A stretch of 64,000 nucleotides of DNA, taken from positions 23,347 through 87,346 of the forward strand of contig MFQZ01000008.1 in the NCBI GenBank assembly GCA_001784435.1, in the 5' to 3' direction. Both the position numbers and the translations under genes were made by a program. Under the pieces are notes generated by a model. It made no database searches, was not told the DNA's origin, and saw nothing but the letters and a program-made list of their open reading frames with translations. Each line of letters starts with the position of its first letter. The stretch's first letter is position 1. This DNA is from Candidatus Magasanikbacteria bacterium RIFOXYC2_FULL_42_28 (lineage in GTDB: Bacteria > Patescibacteriota > Patescibacteriia > Magasanikbacterales > GWA2-37-8). Below are positions 32,430 to 41,289 of the stretch, one piece after another.

Positions 32430-33023
32430 TTAATCTACCGGCATGCAACAAGTGCCGGGTATTTCTTCTTGAGTTGCAGGATCAACTTGGCAACTGACAC
32501 CGCCAACCAAAGCATCAAACCAATCTACTATATCTCCAAAATCAGAATTGCTTTCCGGCTGATAGGCCTCTCCGCCTAATGCCGTGCAATTACTTTGGTG
32601 AGTTGTGCCACCGGCTGTTGTCCATCCCGCTGATGTGCCGGTAACACTCGTGAAACGCAAAGTGACAAAAAACGTAATACTGAAAGCCGCCAAGGCAATA
32701 ATCATACCAATAACCGATGCTTTTAAAATATTCACGGCTTTGGTAATCTGCTCATCGTTACCCCCGGCCGTCATCCACAAAAACCCGGCGTAAACAGCCA
32801 AAGCAAAAAATATCATGCCCACAAGCGACAATGTAACGCTAATAATATACCCAATCCCGCTGGATAGTTGATTGGCTTCGTTGCCGATTTCGTAACCGGA
32901 ACCTTTGGCCACCCCCTCCAATGTGTTTTGCCCAAAATCAACTGCGTTGGCATGATTCAATGCTGGCGCGCCTAAAAGCAAAATGCCGACAAAGATACTC
33001 ACCAAAATAAATTTAAGTCTCAT
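32430..33023 (-). CDS. T4SS-pilin-like protein, paralog 2, with a Cys-containing C-terminal tail
   Basis: core YAGFLWMTAGGNDEQITKAVNIL; shares a 47-nt near-identical DNA tract with paralog 1. Confidence 0.6.
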   Translation of the reverse strand: MRLKFILVSIFVGILLLGAPALNHANAVDFGQNTLEGVAKGSGYEIGNEANQLSSGIGYIISVTLSLVGMIFFALAVYAGFLWMTAGGNDEQITKAVNILKASVIGMIIALAAFSITFFVTLRFTSVTGTSAGWTTAGGTTHQSNCTALGGEAYQPESNSDFGDIVDWFDALVGGVSCQVDPATQEEIPGTCCMPVD

Positions 33024-33042
33024 AAATTTTATTATCTATTTG

Positions 33043-33540
33043 TTACTCTGGGCAACTTTCACCAGCACGCCAAACCCCATCGCCATTTGCACAATCAGCT
33101 TTGCTGATACCGCCCACAACTGTATCTATACATTCTTCCACACCATCGGCATCTGTTAACACGCACTTACCCCCCCCGCCACCCCCACCCACCAACCTAT
33201 TCGTCACAAACGCCGTAATCGCATATGCCAAAAATACAATTGTGATGCCGATTAAGGCCGCTTCCAAGGTGTCTTTGGCTTTAGTAACTTTTTCGTCATT
33301 GCCTTGAGCGGTCATCCAACGAATGCCGGCGTAAACCGTTAAGATGAAAAATACCGTGCCAATTAAAGCCAAAATCGTGTTGATTACTAAACCGGTGGTG
33401 CTTTCAAGATTAGGTGTCAAGCCGGTTTTTCCGCCGATTTGACTCAATTTTGTGCCAGCGTCATTAATTGTCAAAGCACTTACACTTAAAGGCACAAGTA
33501 AAACTGTGGCTAAAATGATAGTAAAAAAAATCTTACGCAT
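33043..33540 (-). CDS. T4SS-pilin-like protein, paralog 3, with poly-Gly linker and Cys-rich C-terminus
   Basis: core YAGIRWMTAQGNDEKVTKAKDTL. Confidence 0.6.
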   Translation of the reverse strand: MRKIFFTIILATVLLVPLSVSALTINDAGTKLSQIGGKTGLTPNLESTTGLVINTILALIGTVFFILTVYAGIRWMTAQGNDEKVTKAKDTLEAALIGITIVFLAYAITAFVTNRLVGGGGGGGKCVLTDADGVEECIDTVVGGISKADCANGDGVWRAGESCPE

Positions 33541-33552
33541 ATTTTAAAAAAA

Positions 33553-33933
33553 TTATTTCAAATTCAACGCGTTAAACACAAAGCGAGCAATGGCATAAGC
33601 GGCCAAAACTATTACCAAACCAATACTGGATGTTTCCAGCAATTCTTTCGCCTTGGTAACGCGCTCGCTATTGCCCAGGGCCGTCATCCACACGCCACCG
33701 GCGTATAAAGTCAAAACGAAAAATAACGCGCCGATAAGCGACAGGGCGATACCGACGATAGCGCCAATAAGGTCGATGACATTGGTGGCGTCGGCTACTT
33801 CTTGCGGTAATTTTGCTTCCTTGGCCGCTGTGCCTAAACCATATCCACCTGTGTAGGCCTCGGCCAAAACAAAAGTCGGGGCGAGCAGTAAAACACCGGC
33901 TAAAATTGTTAATGATATTTTTTTAAAAGACAT
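33553..33933 (-). CDS. T4SS-pilin-like protein, paralog 4 (minimal form)
   Basis: core YAGGVWMTALGNSERVTKAKELL. Confidence 0.6.
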   Translation of the reverse strand: MSFKKISLTILAGVLLLAPTFVLAEAYTGGYGLGTAAKEAKLPQEVADATNVIDLIGAIVGIALSLIGALFFVLTLYAGGVWMTALGNSERVTKAKELLETSSIGLVIVLAAYAIARFVFNALNLK

Positions 33934-33944
33934 AGTTTGATTAA

Positions 33945-34060
33945 TATCAAATTTCCAATGTCAAATGTCAAATCAATTTCAAAATCCAAATTTCAAAAAA
34001 CGATTTGACATTTAAATTTTGGATTTGATTGGAAATTGGAAATTTAGATTTTGACATTTC
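33945..34060. repeat. about 115-bp near-perfect AT-rich palindromic element of the GGAAATT family
   Basis: CAAATTTCCAATGTCAAATGTCAAATCAATTTCAAAATCCAAATTTC / GATTTGACATTTAAATTTTGGATTTGATTGGAAATTGGAAATTTAG; near-identical copy at 34588-34702. Confidence 0.7.
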
Positions 34061-34157
34061 ACTCAACCTATTTCCCGACAGGGGGTTGCGAGTTCGCCCA
34101 CAAACGCAACTGTTTAAAATTGCGAGCGAGCGCGCGAACCCCCTGCCGAAAAATATA

Positions 34158-34547
34158 CTACCCGGTAAACCCTGTTTTATCAACTAATTCTCCAACCACA
34201 AACTGCGCAATCGCGTAAGCGGACAAAATAATTGCGAGACCGATAATACCCGAGAATATCCATTTCTTGGCTTCGCCTACTTTTTCATCATTACCGCCGG
34301 CCGTCATCCAAGTAAAGCCGCCGATCAAAATAATGACGATGGCGACGATACCCAAAAAGCCGAGTACTACACTAATAATGTTACCAATAGTAGCGCGCAA
34401 ATCACCATCTCCCAAACCACTTGTTTTAGCAAAGCCCAGGCCCAAGTTCTCTTCTTGATCTGGCGTACTGCTTATAGCCAACACTGGCGTGGCAAACAAA
34501 GCCAAAGCCATCACGCCCAAAATTACTCCACTTAAAATCTTTTTCAT
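34158..34547 (-). CDS. T4SS-pilin-like protein, paralog 5
   Basis: core GGFTWMTAGGNDEKVGEAKKWI; strong SD (GGGGGTGAG) before the ATG. Confidence 0.6.
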   Translation of the reverse strand: MKKILSGVILGVMALALFATPVLAISSTPDQEENLGLGFAKTSGLGDGDLRATIGNIISVVLGFLGIVAIVIILIGGFTWMTAGGNDEKVGEAKKWIFSGIIGLAIILSAYAIAQFVVGELVDKTGFTG

Positions 34548-34587
34548 ATTCTCACCCCCTTTCGCAATTTTAATATCATATTATTAA

Positions 34588-34702
34588 TTTCAAATTTCCA
34601 ATGTCAAATGTCAAATCAATGTCAAAATCCAAATTTCAAAACGCGATTTGACATTTAAATTTTGGATTTGATTGGAAATTGGAAATTTGGATTTTGACAT
34701 TG
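34588..34702. repeat. palindromic GGAAATT-family element, copy nearly identical to 33945-34060
   Basis: seen directly. Confidence 0.7.
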
Positions 34703-34743
34703 CTAATATTATACCACATTTATTTTTTCGCCACAACTACAAA

Positions 34744-35556
34744 CTACTTTGGAAAATCACCCGTACCCAAATACGTCAAAACGCCATTTAAAAACAAATA
34801 ACTAAAAAACACGATGAACGCGCCCAAAGCCGCAAACGCCATCGTTTTCCCGCCGGCCTTAATTTTTTCCGGATTGCCGGCGGCCATGAGCCAGGCCTGC
34901 GCACCCCAAATAAACATCAAAAGCACGACCGCGCCGATTACGCCCAAAATGCCTTTAATTATTATACCGATAATAGTAGGGACGTCGGTAGTGCCACTGG
35001 CCAAGGGGTTGTCAAGACAAACCGAACCGGTTGGACAAGGTTCTTTTGTTTTTGAAGTATCAGGCGCTGACGCGGCGTCGGCGATTGGCGTTTCGGCAGG
35101 GGCGACAGTTGAACCAGGCACAACCGCTGTTTCCTCTAACTCTGCAGTGGCCAAATCAGGTGTCCAAATAGTAGTGACTGGGGCAGTTAAAGTTAGTTTG
35201 TCAGCCACAGTAACTTCACCCGAAATTGGCACTGTCACTACCGGCGGTATATTAAATTTCGCCATTAGTTCTTCCACTGTGCTAGATTCGTTTAATAACT
35301 CACAATCTGCTTGGAGATTTATTTCTTCCACATCAACATTGTTCCAAAAACAAGTTGCTTTTTCTGTAAGACCACCGGCATTATATGTTCCATGATATTG
35401 ACTACATGCAGATTCCAACGCGACACCTAATCCATAATCTATTTCCAATTCACCTGCAACTTCACAAACCCCCTCTGCCAATACCGGCGCCGCCGAAAAA
35501 AACAAAACAAAAAATGATAGTGGCACCAACAAAAAAGATAAGATAATTTTACGCAT
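34744..35556 (-). CDS. T4SS-pilin-like protein, paralog 6, with a long Cys-containing N-terminal ectodomain
   Basis: C-terminal core GAQAWLMAAGNPEKIKAGGKTM plus TM pair. Confidence 0.55.
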   Translation of the reverse strand: MRKIILSFLLVPLSFFVLFFSAAPVLAEGVCEVAGELEIDYGLGVALESACSQYHGTYNAGGLTEKATCFWNNVDVEEINLQADCELLNESSTVEELMAKFNIPPVVTVPISGEVTVADKLTLTAPVTTIWTPDLATAELEETAVVPGSTVAPAETPIADAASAPDTSKTKEPCPTGSVCLDNPLASGTTDVPTIIGIIIKGILGVIGAVVLLMFIWGAQAWLMAAGNPEKIKAGGKTMAFAALGAFIVFFSYLFLNGVLTYLGTGDFPK

Positions 35557-35560
35557 AAAT

Positions 35561-36529
35561 TTAAAACAAACTAAACAGCGAACGCACCAACCAATAAGCC
35601 GCCATTTGCACTATAATGGATAGCGTCGCCCAGAGCAAAATGTGTTTGGCTTTAGTTATTTGTTCGGCATTGCCTTGGGCGGTCATCCACAAAAAGCCGG
35701 CCCAGACATAAAACAAAAGTAAGAGCGAGCCAATTATGCCCATTAAAAAATAAATTACTTTACCGATAAATTCATTGACGCGACCGGTGGCCGTTGATTC
35801 TGTGAGCCATTTAAAAGGATTTAATTTTAATTTGGCGCTGGCTTGTAAACTTTTAAGATCGCCGGTTTTTAGGGTGGAGGTGATCGGATCGTGTTCGTAA
35901 GAAGCGCAGGTACCATCGGGACCCAAATCATTAACAATTGCGTCTTTTTCACAACCTATTACACAACTATTATCTTGTAATTTTTTAGGAGTTTCCACGC
36001 AACTGACTGATCCATCATCAACACTGCGCACACAACAACAATTGGGCTGTTCACCCTTAAAAAATTGGCATAGAATTCGGGGAGAAGCAAAATCATTAAT
36101 ATCTGTGGATGCCCCTCCCAATCTACCGACTCTATTAATTGGAGTAGTGATTTTAGTGCAAACGTCATTCAACATCGTCAAATTAAATTCCCAATCGGAT
36201 AAAAGACCATATAAACCGTTAACCTGTTTTAAATCTCCACTATATAATTTACTATTCTCGGTAAAAACTCCATAATAGATTGGCGCCACCCCAAACTTGT
36301 CCAAAATATTACCACCAAAACCACCGCCAGTAGAAAAATCAATAGAACAAACACAAGCACTTTTGTGTTGGCATTTATCGGAAAACAATTTGTCAAGTGC
36401 TGGCTCAGTTTTGGTAAAATTATTATGCAAAGTCCCGCCTGGCGTAATTTCGCCTGACGCAAAATCCGGCCCGATTGAAATTCCCAATAAAATGACAAAA
36501 ATAAAAACAGTAATTTTTTTCATAAACAT
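35561..36529 (-). CDS. T4SS-pilin-like protein, paralog 7, with a large Cys-rich N-terminal ectodomain (about 17 Cys)
   Basis: C-terminal core WAGFLWMTAQGNAEQITKAKHIL. Confidence 0.55.
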   Translation of the reverse strand: MFMKKITVFIFVILLGISIGPDFASGEITPGGTLHNNFTKTEPALDKLFSDKCQHKSACVCSIDFSTGGGFGGNILDKFGVAPIYYGVFTENSKLYSGDLKQVNGLYGLLSDWEFNLTMLNDVCTKITTPINRVGRLGGASTDINDFASPRILCQFFKGEQPNCCCVRSVDDGSVSCVETPKKLQDNSCVIGCEKDAIVNDLGPDGTCASYEHDPITSTLKTGDLKSLQASAKLKLNPFKWLTESTATGRVNEFIGKVIYFLMGIIGSLLLLFYVWAGFLWMTAQGNAEQITKAKHILLWATLSIIVQMAAYWLVRSLFSLF

Positions 36530-37213
36530 CTACTTTAACTTTAAACCAACACCCCCGAGCGACCCCACCCCTACCGCTTCGCTTAAAAATCCGACTAACA
36601 AATACGCGGAAAAAACCACGATTATGCCAATAATAGCCGCGAGCATGGCGTCGGTGCCTTTTTTAACGCGTTCGGGATTGCCTTCGGATATGATAAATAA
36701 AATTCCGCCGTAAATAAACATCAGGAGTGCGAGCGCGCCAATAATGCCAAATAGGTAATTGGCGATATTGATGCCGAGCAAAACAAAAATGCCAATATCG
36801 CGACAAGGCGAATCTTTGGGAAACTCATTGGCTAAAATACAAGCCGGTAAAAACGCGCTGGTATTGGCCTCAGTGCTGGAAACATCTTTGGTTAATTTGG
36901 TGCGGTGCGCGTCCCAGGTAATAAGAGCGTCTTTACAGCGTTGGTAGCCATCGTCAATACCACCGTCAAAAAATTTACAGCTGTCGAAGTCGTTAATATA
37001 CTCATAAGTTCCGGCCGTACTTTTACAGGCATCTTCATTGCTTGTAGTATTACATCCGCTATTTTTAGCATCTTTTAATTCTTCCGGAGTAACCCCGGTG
37101 TCTAAAGGTGAAGCGCAAAAACAATAACCACCCGCTTGGGCCGGAGTTGAAGTTAAAACCAAACCGGCGAAAGACAGGAGGGCGACTGATAAAATTATAA
37201 ATTTTTTGGACAT
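36530..37213 (-). CDS. T4SS-pilin-like protein, paralog 8, with a Cys-rich N-terminal ectodomain
   Basis: C-terminal core YGGILFIISEGNPERVKKGTDAM; start abuts the stop of paralog 7. Confidence 0.5.
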   Translation of the reverse strand: MSKKFIILSVALLSFAGLVLTSTPAQAGGYCFCASPLDTGVTPEELKDAKNSGCNTTSNEDACKSTAGTYEYINDFDSCKFFDGGIDDGYQRCKDALITWDAHRTKLTKDVSSTEANTSAFLPACILANEFPKDSPCRDIGIFVLLGINIANYLFGIIGALALLMFIYGGILFIISEGNPERVKKGTDAMLAAIIGIIVVFSAYLLVGFLSEAVGVGSLGGVGLKLK

Positions 37214-37224
37214 AAATTGTTATT

Positions 37225-38667
37225 TTATAACGTTTGGCCGACTTTGGCCACCGCGTTATTTAACACCCCTTGACGCGCTTCATCTTCTTTAGCAATCCCA
37301 GCCGGTATGGTGAGCCAATCATCTACCATATCACCCACGGCTTTGGCCGCGACCGAATAATTACTGCCCCGATACCAATTTTCGGCCATTAAAACCTGTT
37401 CTACAAACGGCGCCACTTTTAAGTCAGCCCGTTGCTCCTCGATATACGCGCGCAGTGCCGTCGGCCGACCGCTGGCATCTAAATAATCTTTGGTCGCTTT
37501 GGAATGAGCCAAATAATCTATCAAACCCCAGGCCTCATTTTGATGTTTGGATTTGGCGGTAACGGCCTGTAAATAATAATTAGCCACGTTCACCGGTTGA
37601 TCCGGATTTAATTGAAATAATGGTAATACGCCAATATTCAACTGGGGAGCGCGCGCTTTAATGGTCGGATAATCATAACTATATCCTACCATAAATCCAA
37701 CTTTTCCGCTAACAAACGCGTCCATGGCATTACCCATATTTTTATTCCAGCCATAAGTGTCACGCGTAGGATTGGCAAAATCAGTATAAAAATCTAACAC
37801 GCTAAACGAGGCGCTGTTGGCATCCGCGCGTCTGTCCCGCCCACTGCCAAATTGTAAACGACCAAAATTATCACTAAACGGCACGCCACTTTGGCGGAAT
37901 AAAACAAACAAAATATCATCAACCGCCGCGACATTTTTACCAGCGCCAAAAGCCACGCCCGATTGAGTGATTTTGTCGTTTACCCGATCATATTTATTAA
38001 TTTTTTTCACCGCGGCCTGAAATTCATCCCAATTTTTAGGCGCTTCCGGCACACCCGCGCGGTCCAATAAATCTTTGTTGTAATAAACAGCCAAAGTATC
38101 CAAAGACAGTGGCAAGCCATAAACCTTGTCGCCTATTACCGCGTCCTCTTTGACTACTTTTACATATTCGCGCTCCAATTGAGTCGGCGTTACGAGTGGT
38201 ATGGTGCCAACCTGAACGGTAGTTTCGTCGCCCCCCAGGGCGGTTTTGGTCGTAAGCAAACGCGCATCCGAGACACTGGCCGGCATCGGCGCGATTTTAC
38301 TCAAATACCCGCGCACCATCCGATTGGAAATAGAAATAATATCCGGACCTTTATCTTCGGCAAGAGCTTCAATCAATCGCTGATAAAATTCCGAAGCGCG
38401 CAATTGGCGAACATTAACAGTTAAGTAACTACGGCCATCCAATTTATATTTTTCAATATTAGTTTTAAGCGCGTCCACATCATCGGCCACAGTCCAATAT
38501 TCTAAAGTTAATGGTTTAACCAATTGTTGTTGATCGGCAGAGATGCCTTTACAGCCGAGACCAGAAGTAATTAGAAACGCAAAAATACCGCTTATAATAA
38601 GTAGGGGTAAAATTTTCTTATGCGACTTTGGCATAAATTTTAATGTCAAATTTCCAATCAAATCCAA
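37225..38667 (-). CDS. extracellular solute-binding protein (ABC sugar-type SBP family) with a lipoprotein-like N-terminus
   Basis: N-terminal TM/lipobox (SGLGC), 480 aa, SBP-family-1-like profile; call not verified. Confidence 0.45.
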   Translation of the reverse strand: MDLIGNLTLKFMPKSHKKILPLLIISGIFAFLITSGLGCKGISADQQQLVKPLTLEYWTVADDVDALKTNIEKYKLDGRSYLTVNVRQLRASEFYQRLIEALAEDKGPDIISISNRMVRGYLSKIAPMPASVSDARLLTTKTALGGDETTVQVGTIPLVTPTQLEREYVKVVKEDAVIGDKVYGLPLSLDTLAVYYNKDLLDRAGVPEAPKNWDEFQAAVKKINKYDRVNDKITQSGVAFGAGKNVAAVDDILFVLFRQSGVPFSDNFGRLQFGSGRDRRADANSASFSVLDFYTDFANPTRDTYGWNKNMGNAMDAFVSGKVGFMVGYSYDYPTIKARAPQLNIGVLPLFQLNPDQPVNVANYYLQAVTAKSKHQNEAWGLIDYLAHSKATKDYLDASGRPTALRAYIEEQRADLKVAPFVEQVLMAENWYRGSNYSVAAKAVGDMVDDWLTIPAGIAKEDEARQGVLNNAVAKVGQTL

Positions 38668-38745
38668 ATGTCAAATATCAAATTTTGACATTGTCCACCA
38701 CAGGCCGATCCGCCTTTGGCGGAGAAATTTGGATTTTGAAATTAC
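38643..38745. repeat. GGAAATT-family palindromic element with an inner CCGCCTTTGGCGG hairpin
   Basis: seen directly. Confidence 0.6.
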
Positions 38746-38750
38746 CAATA

Positions 38751-39611
38751 TTATACCACACTTTTCAAATATTTCCTAAAATCTTTTCCCAAAATCGGGC
38801 TACGGAGCGCAAAATCAACATTGGCCTGAATATAACCGAGCTTGGAACCGGTGTCATAATATTTACCATCTACTTCACAGGCGTAATAGGGGCGTTTTTT
38901 TAACACTTTGGCGTTAGCGTCAGCCAACCACAACTCCCCGCCTTTGCCCAATTTGGTAGTTTCTAAAGCAGTAAAAACATCCGGCGTTAAGATAAAGGCG
39001 CCAAACATACCAAGGCGTGAAGGTGATTTTTCTGGCCCGGGCTTTTCCACAATTTTTTTAACTTGATACACCCCTTTTTCCACTTCCACCCCATCAATCA
39101 TCCCATATTTTTTTGTGCCTTCATCATCGGTTTTTTGCGCGGTAATTACTGGATCGCCATATTTTTCATAAACATCCATTAATTGTTTTAGATGCGGTTT
39201 TTTAGGACAATAAAAAAATTCATCGCCCCACATAACCGCGAACGGCTCATCACCAATTATATCTTTGGCGCAGAGTACCGGTGTGCCGTTGCCATACGGC
39301 CCTTTTTGACGAATAAAAATAAAATTAGCGAGGTCGGCAATTTTTTTCAACTGTTCGGCCACCTCTTCTTTACCTTGTTTTTTTAATAAATTTACCAATT
39401 CATAATTTGGACTAAAATGATCTTCCACCGCGCGCTTACTGGGACCGGTTACCATAATAATGTCAGTGATTCCCGACCGCACCGCGTCTTCAACCACATA
39501 TTGAATAATCGGCTTGTCCACGATAGGGAGCATTTCTTTGGGTTGGGCCTTTGTTGCTGGCAAAAATCTTGTTCCTAAGCCAGCTACTGGAATGACAAGT
39601 TTTCTGATCAT
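38751..39611 (-). CDS. galU: UTP-glucose-1-phosphate uridylyltransferase
   Basis: VIPVAGLGTRFLPATKAQPKEMLPIVDKP signature. Confidence 0.85.
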   Translation of the reverse strand: MIRKLVIPVAGLGTRFLPATKAQPKEMLPIVDKPIIQYVVEDAVRSGITDIIMVTGPSKRAVEDHFSPNYELVNLLKKQGKEEVAEQLKKIADLANFIFIRQKGPYGNGTPVLCAKDIIGDEPFAVMWGDEFFYCPKKPHLKQLMDVYEKYGDPVITAQKTDDEGTKKYGMIDGVEVEKGVYQVKKIVEKPGPEKSPSRLGMFGAFILTPDVFTALETTKLGKGGELWLADANAKVLKKRPYYACEVDGKYYDTGSKLGYIQANVDFALRSPILGKDFRKYLKSVV

Positions 39612-39680
39612 AATTTTAAGTGATTATTTCATTGAAAATATTATAGCTTTTTTAACTTTATTTTACAAGAGAGAACTTTA

Positions 39681-39790
39681 ATTTCAAAATCCAAATTTCC
39701 AATTTCCAATCAAATCCAAAATCCTAATATCAAATTTGACATTTTGGCTTTGACATTGATTTGACATTGGAAATTGGAAATTTGACATTT
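39681..39790. repeat. GGAAATT-family palindromic element immediately upstream of the PilX-like gene
   Basis: seen directly. Confidence 0.6.
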
Positions 39791-41167
39791 TCACTCTATC
39801 TCTTCCCAACTCACCAAAAAATATTCCGACCCAACCGGAAAACCGGGGGGTGGATTTAGAGTTAAATTGGCATCGTAAGTGGCATAGGTATTTTTGTAAC
39901 CCGACACCACCGACCCGCCACCGGACACATAACTCCAAGTCCACAAATCATTGGAAATTATCGAACCATAAATAGTTAAACTTTCCCGTTTATTGCCCAT
40001 ATAAAAATATCGCTTGGCCGCGCCGGTTTGGGCGAGCATGGCCGCGTCCACTTCCAAGTAATTAGGCGCGATGTAGGGCAACAAAATATTTTTCTCAGCA
40101 ATCAATCCCAAAACATTAGTGCCGTCTTTCGCTAAATAAGTTAAATTATTGTTAATAACAATTGATTTGTCATCCGCCGTGCCGACCGTCGCCCGACCGT
40201 TGACAATCCCGTCCACCCATACCATATCTTCTACATATATATAGCCATTGGTCGGCATATCATATACCACTGCCGTGCCAAAAGTGGCGGCGTCAATGCA
40301 AAACCAGCCAAAGCGCGCGTGGCCATTGCCCCAATAATCTTGGCCGTAATAACAATCCGTGGTATTAACTTTGTAAATATTAATTTTGCCATCAGCGCGA
40401 AATTCCAGCCGATATCCTTGCTTACCGGACGATGTTAAATAAATACCATTAATTTCCGCCTCGCGTTTAATTTCGGCCAGTTTGGCGGTAACGCGCGAAA
40501 AATCTTGCGCCGGCACCGGAAATTCCCACAAACTCTCGTCGCCGTCGCCCCACACTCCGGGTTTTTCTTGATTACCGCAACCGTGATGTTGTTTACATAT
40601 ATAAGTAGGCACCGCCGAGGTAATGGGTGCGTTGCCAATGCCGTCAAAGCGCGCCCCGCCGTTAGCATGCAGTTTGCCGTTGGCGGTTTCGCTGTCGCCA
40701 ATCCAAATATCCACATTGGTAAGATACGCAAAATCCGTTAAAGCCGGAAACCCGACGCGCGCTTTTAAAGTGCGTTTGCTATCGGGCTGTAAATCCAACC
40801 AGCCGGTGGATTCAATCGTAACGACCGTGGAACCGCTTTGGGGTGGAATAATATTTAAAGAATAATGGCCGATGACATTGCCATCTTTATCTTCGTATTC
40901 GTGGATGTATGGCCCAACCGCGCCCGTGCCGTCTTGATAATCAGTTTTATCATGCGCCAAATGCCAGCGATAATAATTCACGCCCGCCTCGGCAATTTGA
41001 AAAGCCATTTCGCGATTATGTTTATGAACCGAAGCCCGATTTTCCAAAACCGCGTAACCGGTAACACCGACGACAATTAAACTAAAACTAATGGCGCCGA
41101 AGATGAGGGCAAAGAGTAATGCTGTTCCCCTTTTGTCAAATTTTAATTTTTTATAAATATTCAGCAT
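39791..41167 (-). CDS. PilX-like type IV pilus minor-pilin/assembly protein (large secreted protein)
   Basis: N-terminus KRGTALLFALIFGAISFSLIVVG resembles the PilX_N domain; 458 aa. Confidence 0.4.
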   Translation of the reverse strand: MLNIYKKLKFDKRGTALLFALIFGAISFSLIVVGVTGYAVLENRASVHKHNREMAFQIAEAGVNYYRWHLAHDKTDYQDGTGAVGPYIHEYEDKDGNVIGHYSLNIIPPQSGSTVVTIESTGWLDLQPDSKRTLKARVGFPALTDFAYLTNVDIWIGDSETANGKLHANGGARFDGIGNAPITSAVPTYICKQHHGCGNQEKPGVWGDGDESLWEFPVPAQDFSRVTAKLAEIKREAEINGIYLTSSGKQGYRLEFRADGKINIYKVNTTDCYYGQDYWGNGHARFGWFCIDAATFGTAVVYDMPTNGYIYVEDMVWVDGIVNGRATVGTADDKSIVINNNLTYLAKDGTNVLGLIAEKNILLPYIAPNYLEVDAAMLAQTGAAKRYFYMGNKRESLTIYGSIISNDLWTWSYVSGGGSVVSGYKNTYATYDANLTLNPPPGFPVGSEYFLVSWEEIE

Positions 41168-41289
41168 GCTAATAACTATTAATAATTCACTAAGTCCTAA
41201 TTCGCTAATTAACTAATCAAATACCAAAGTATTCAAGAATTGAAAATTTTATTAGCGAATTAGTTAATTAGTGAATTAGTTAATTTTCG

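Noticed and set aside
39684-39944. 86-aa ORF overlapping the start of the PilX-like gene
   Set aside because: It consists mostly of the palindromic repeat element translated (FQFPMSNQCQSQN...) and overlaps a longer supported gene.
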